Source of the DNA: Candidatus Omnitrophota bacterium
GTDB taxonomy: Bacteria; Omnitrophota; Gorgyraeia; VGKH01
Length of the DNA stretch: 53,083 bases
NCBI GenBank assembly: GCA_016867135.1
Contig: VGKH01000004.1
Span: 1-53,083 of the forward strand
Direction: 5' to 3'
The position numbers and the translations under genes are program-made. Shown here piece after piece: positions 52,166-53,083 of this stretch. The notes under the pieces are model-generated. The model searched no databases. It saw only the letters and a list, made by a program, of their open reading frames with translations, and was not told where the DNA came from. The number at the start of each line of letters is the position of its first letter. The stretch's first letter is position 1.

Positions 52166-52572
52166 AAATAAATTTGCTGAAAATCCCCCAAGGGGGATTA
52201 GAGTTAAGCGAAAGCTTGGCTCCTTCAGATTTAGATATTGATTCAAAAGAGATTATTTTCAAAAAGCCGATTGAAATCAAGGCTTTTATCGAAAAGGGCA
52301 TTAACGCCGTTACGGTTAATGCCAGGCTAAATAGCGTAGCAGAGGTTTTCTGTTCCAGGTGCCTAACCCCTTTTGAAACAAAAATAGACAAGAAATACCG
52401 TTTTGTTTACGAGGTCGGACAGGACGACGCAAATGTGGATATTTCGCAAGACCTGCGTGAGGAATTGATCCTGGATTTTCCTGTTAAACCATTATGCAAG
52501 CCCGATTGCAAAGGCTTGTGTTATAAATGCGGAAAGAATTTAAACGTAGAGAAATGTAGCTGTAAAAGATAA
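52162..52572 (+). CDS. DUF177/YceD family protein
   Basis: CSRCL and PLCKPDCKGLC..CGKNLN; lies upstream of rpmF. Confidence 0.9.
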   Translation: MKINLLKIPQGGLELSESLAPSDLDIDSKEIIFKKPIEIKAFIEKGINAVTVNARLNSVAEVFCSRCLTPFETKIDKKYRFVYEVGQDDANVDISQDLREELILDFPVKPLCKPDCKGLCYKCGKNLNVEKCSCKR

Positions 52573-52729
52573 TTTGTCCCGCCCTTTTGGCGAGGACTGG
52601 CATATAAAGTAATCCGCCAAAAGGGCGGGATTAATTCGCAGACGCTCCGACGTAACTTCGGAGCTATAATTTACGTCGCTGGCACTCCCTGCCTGCCGGC
52701 AGGCAGGCGTAAATTGTCTGCTCATTAAA
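52571..52729. repeat. Composite hairpin repeat, copy 4 (partial, different core)
   Basis: TCCCGCCCTTTTGGCG inverted-repeat core (52577-52630); right hairpin carries two nested palindromes. Confidence 0.72.
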
Positions 52730-52744
52730 AAGGAGAAGGAAGAA

Positions 52745-52948
52745 ATGCCGTTACCGAAAAGAAGACATTCCAAGCAACGCGGAAGAAAACGCAGGACCCA
52801 TTGGAAGCTTGAGGCGCCAAATTTAGTAGTTTGCCCTCAATGCAAGACCTTAAAACACCCGCATCAGATTTGTCAGGTATGCGGATTTTATAAAGATAGA
52901 GTCGTAGTAGAAATCAAAGTTAAAAAAGACAAAAAGAAAAAGGAATAA
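52745..52948 (+). CDS. rpmF: 50S ribosomal protein L32 (Zn-ribbon type)
   Basis: MPLPKRRHSKQR, CPQC and CQVCGFY. Confidence 0.96.
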   Translation: MPLPKRRHSKQRGRKRRTHWKLEAPNLVVCPQCKTLKHPHQICQVCGFYKDRVVVEIKVKKDKKKKE

Positions 52949-52951
52949 GAT

Positions 52952-53083
52952 ATGCGCATTGCAGTAGATGCTATGGGGGGAGATTATGCTCCTCGTGCCA
53001 TTGTAGAGGGCGCGGTTGCTGCTGCCAAAGAATATGATGTAGACGTCATCTTGGTCGGCAAGAAGCAGGCGATAGAAACTGAA
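52952..53083 (+). CDS. plsX: Phosphate acyltransferase PlsX (3' truncated)
   Basis: [14 protein letters not shown] following rpmF. Confidence 0.93.
   Translation, partial: MRIAVDAMGGDYAPRAIVEGAVAAAKEYDVDVILVGKKQAIETE

Overview
A 53-kb chromosomal window of a PVC-superphylum bacterium, probably Ca. Omnitrophota (inferred from 16S signatures GATTAGGCATGCAAGTC and GGGAGGCTGCAGTCGAGAATC and a Minf_1886-like gene). Left to right it holds: the apparent end of a tRNA-integrated island (acyl-CoA ligase, two tRNA 3' fragments, an HTH remnant); a fur/perR-queD pair with two 7-1-7 boxes; a riboswitch-like attenuator ahead of a cell-wall/glgP/pyk/P-type ATPase run; transport and ion-homeostasis genes; a nitrogen cluster (nadE, gdhA, glnA, GAF-ANTAR); one complete rrn operon (16S, tRNA-Ile, tRNA-Ala, 23S, 5S); a MarR-TolC-MFP-RND efflux operon; and the recG-rsmD-coaD-yceD-rpmF-plsX block. 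The best candidate for a new system is the nitrogen module. It has a catalytically intact glutamine synthetase fused to an N-terminal MerR/excisionase-like HTH, a 21-bp-arm inverted repeat over its own promoter, a divergent GAF-ANTAR gene, and an ANTAR-type hairpin/terminator in the gdhA leader. Also notable are a family of nested, structure-conserved hairpin repeats (a separate 30-bp tandem palindrome is inserted in frame in glnA) and a pyrG C-terminal fossil. No CRISPR array or intact transposase was seen. All calls come from reading the sequence; no searches were run.
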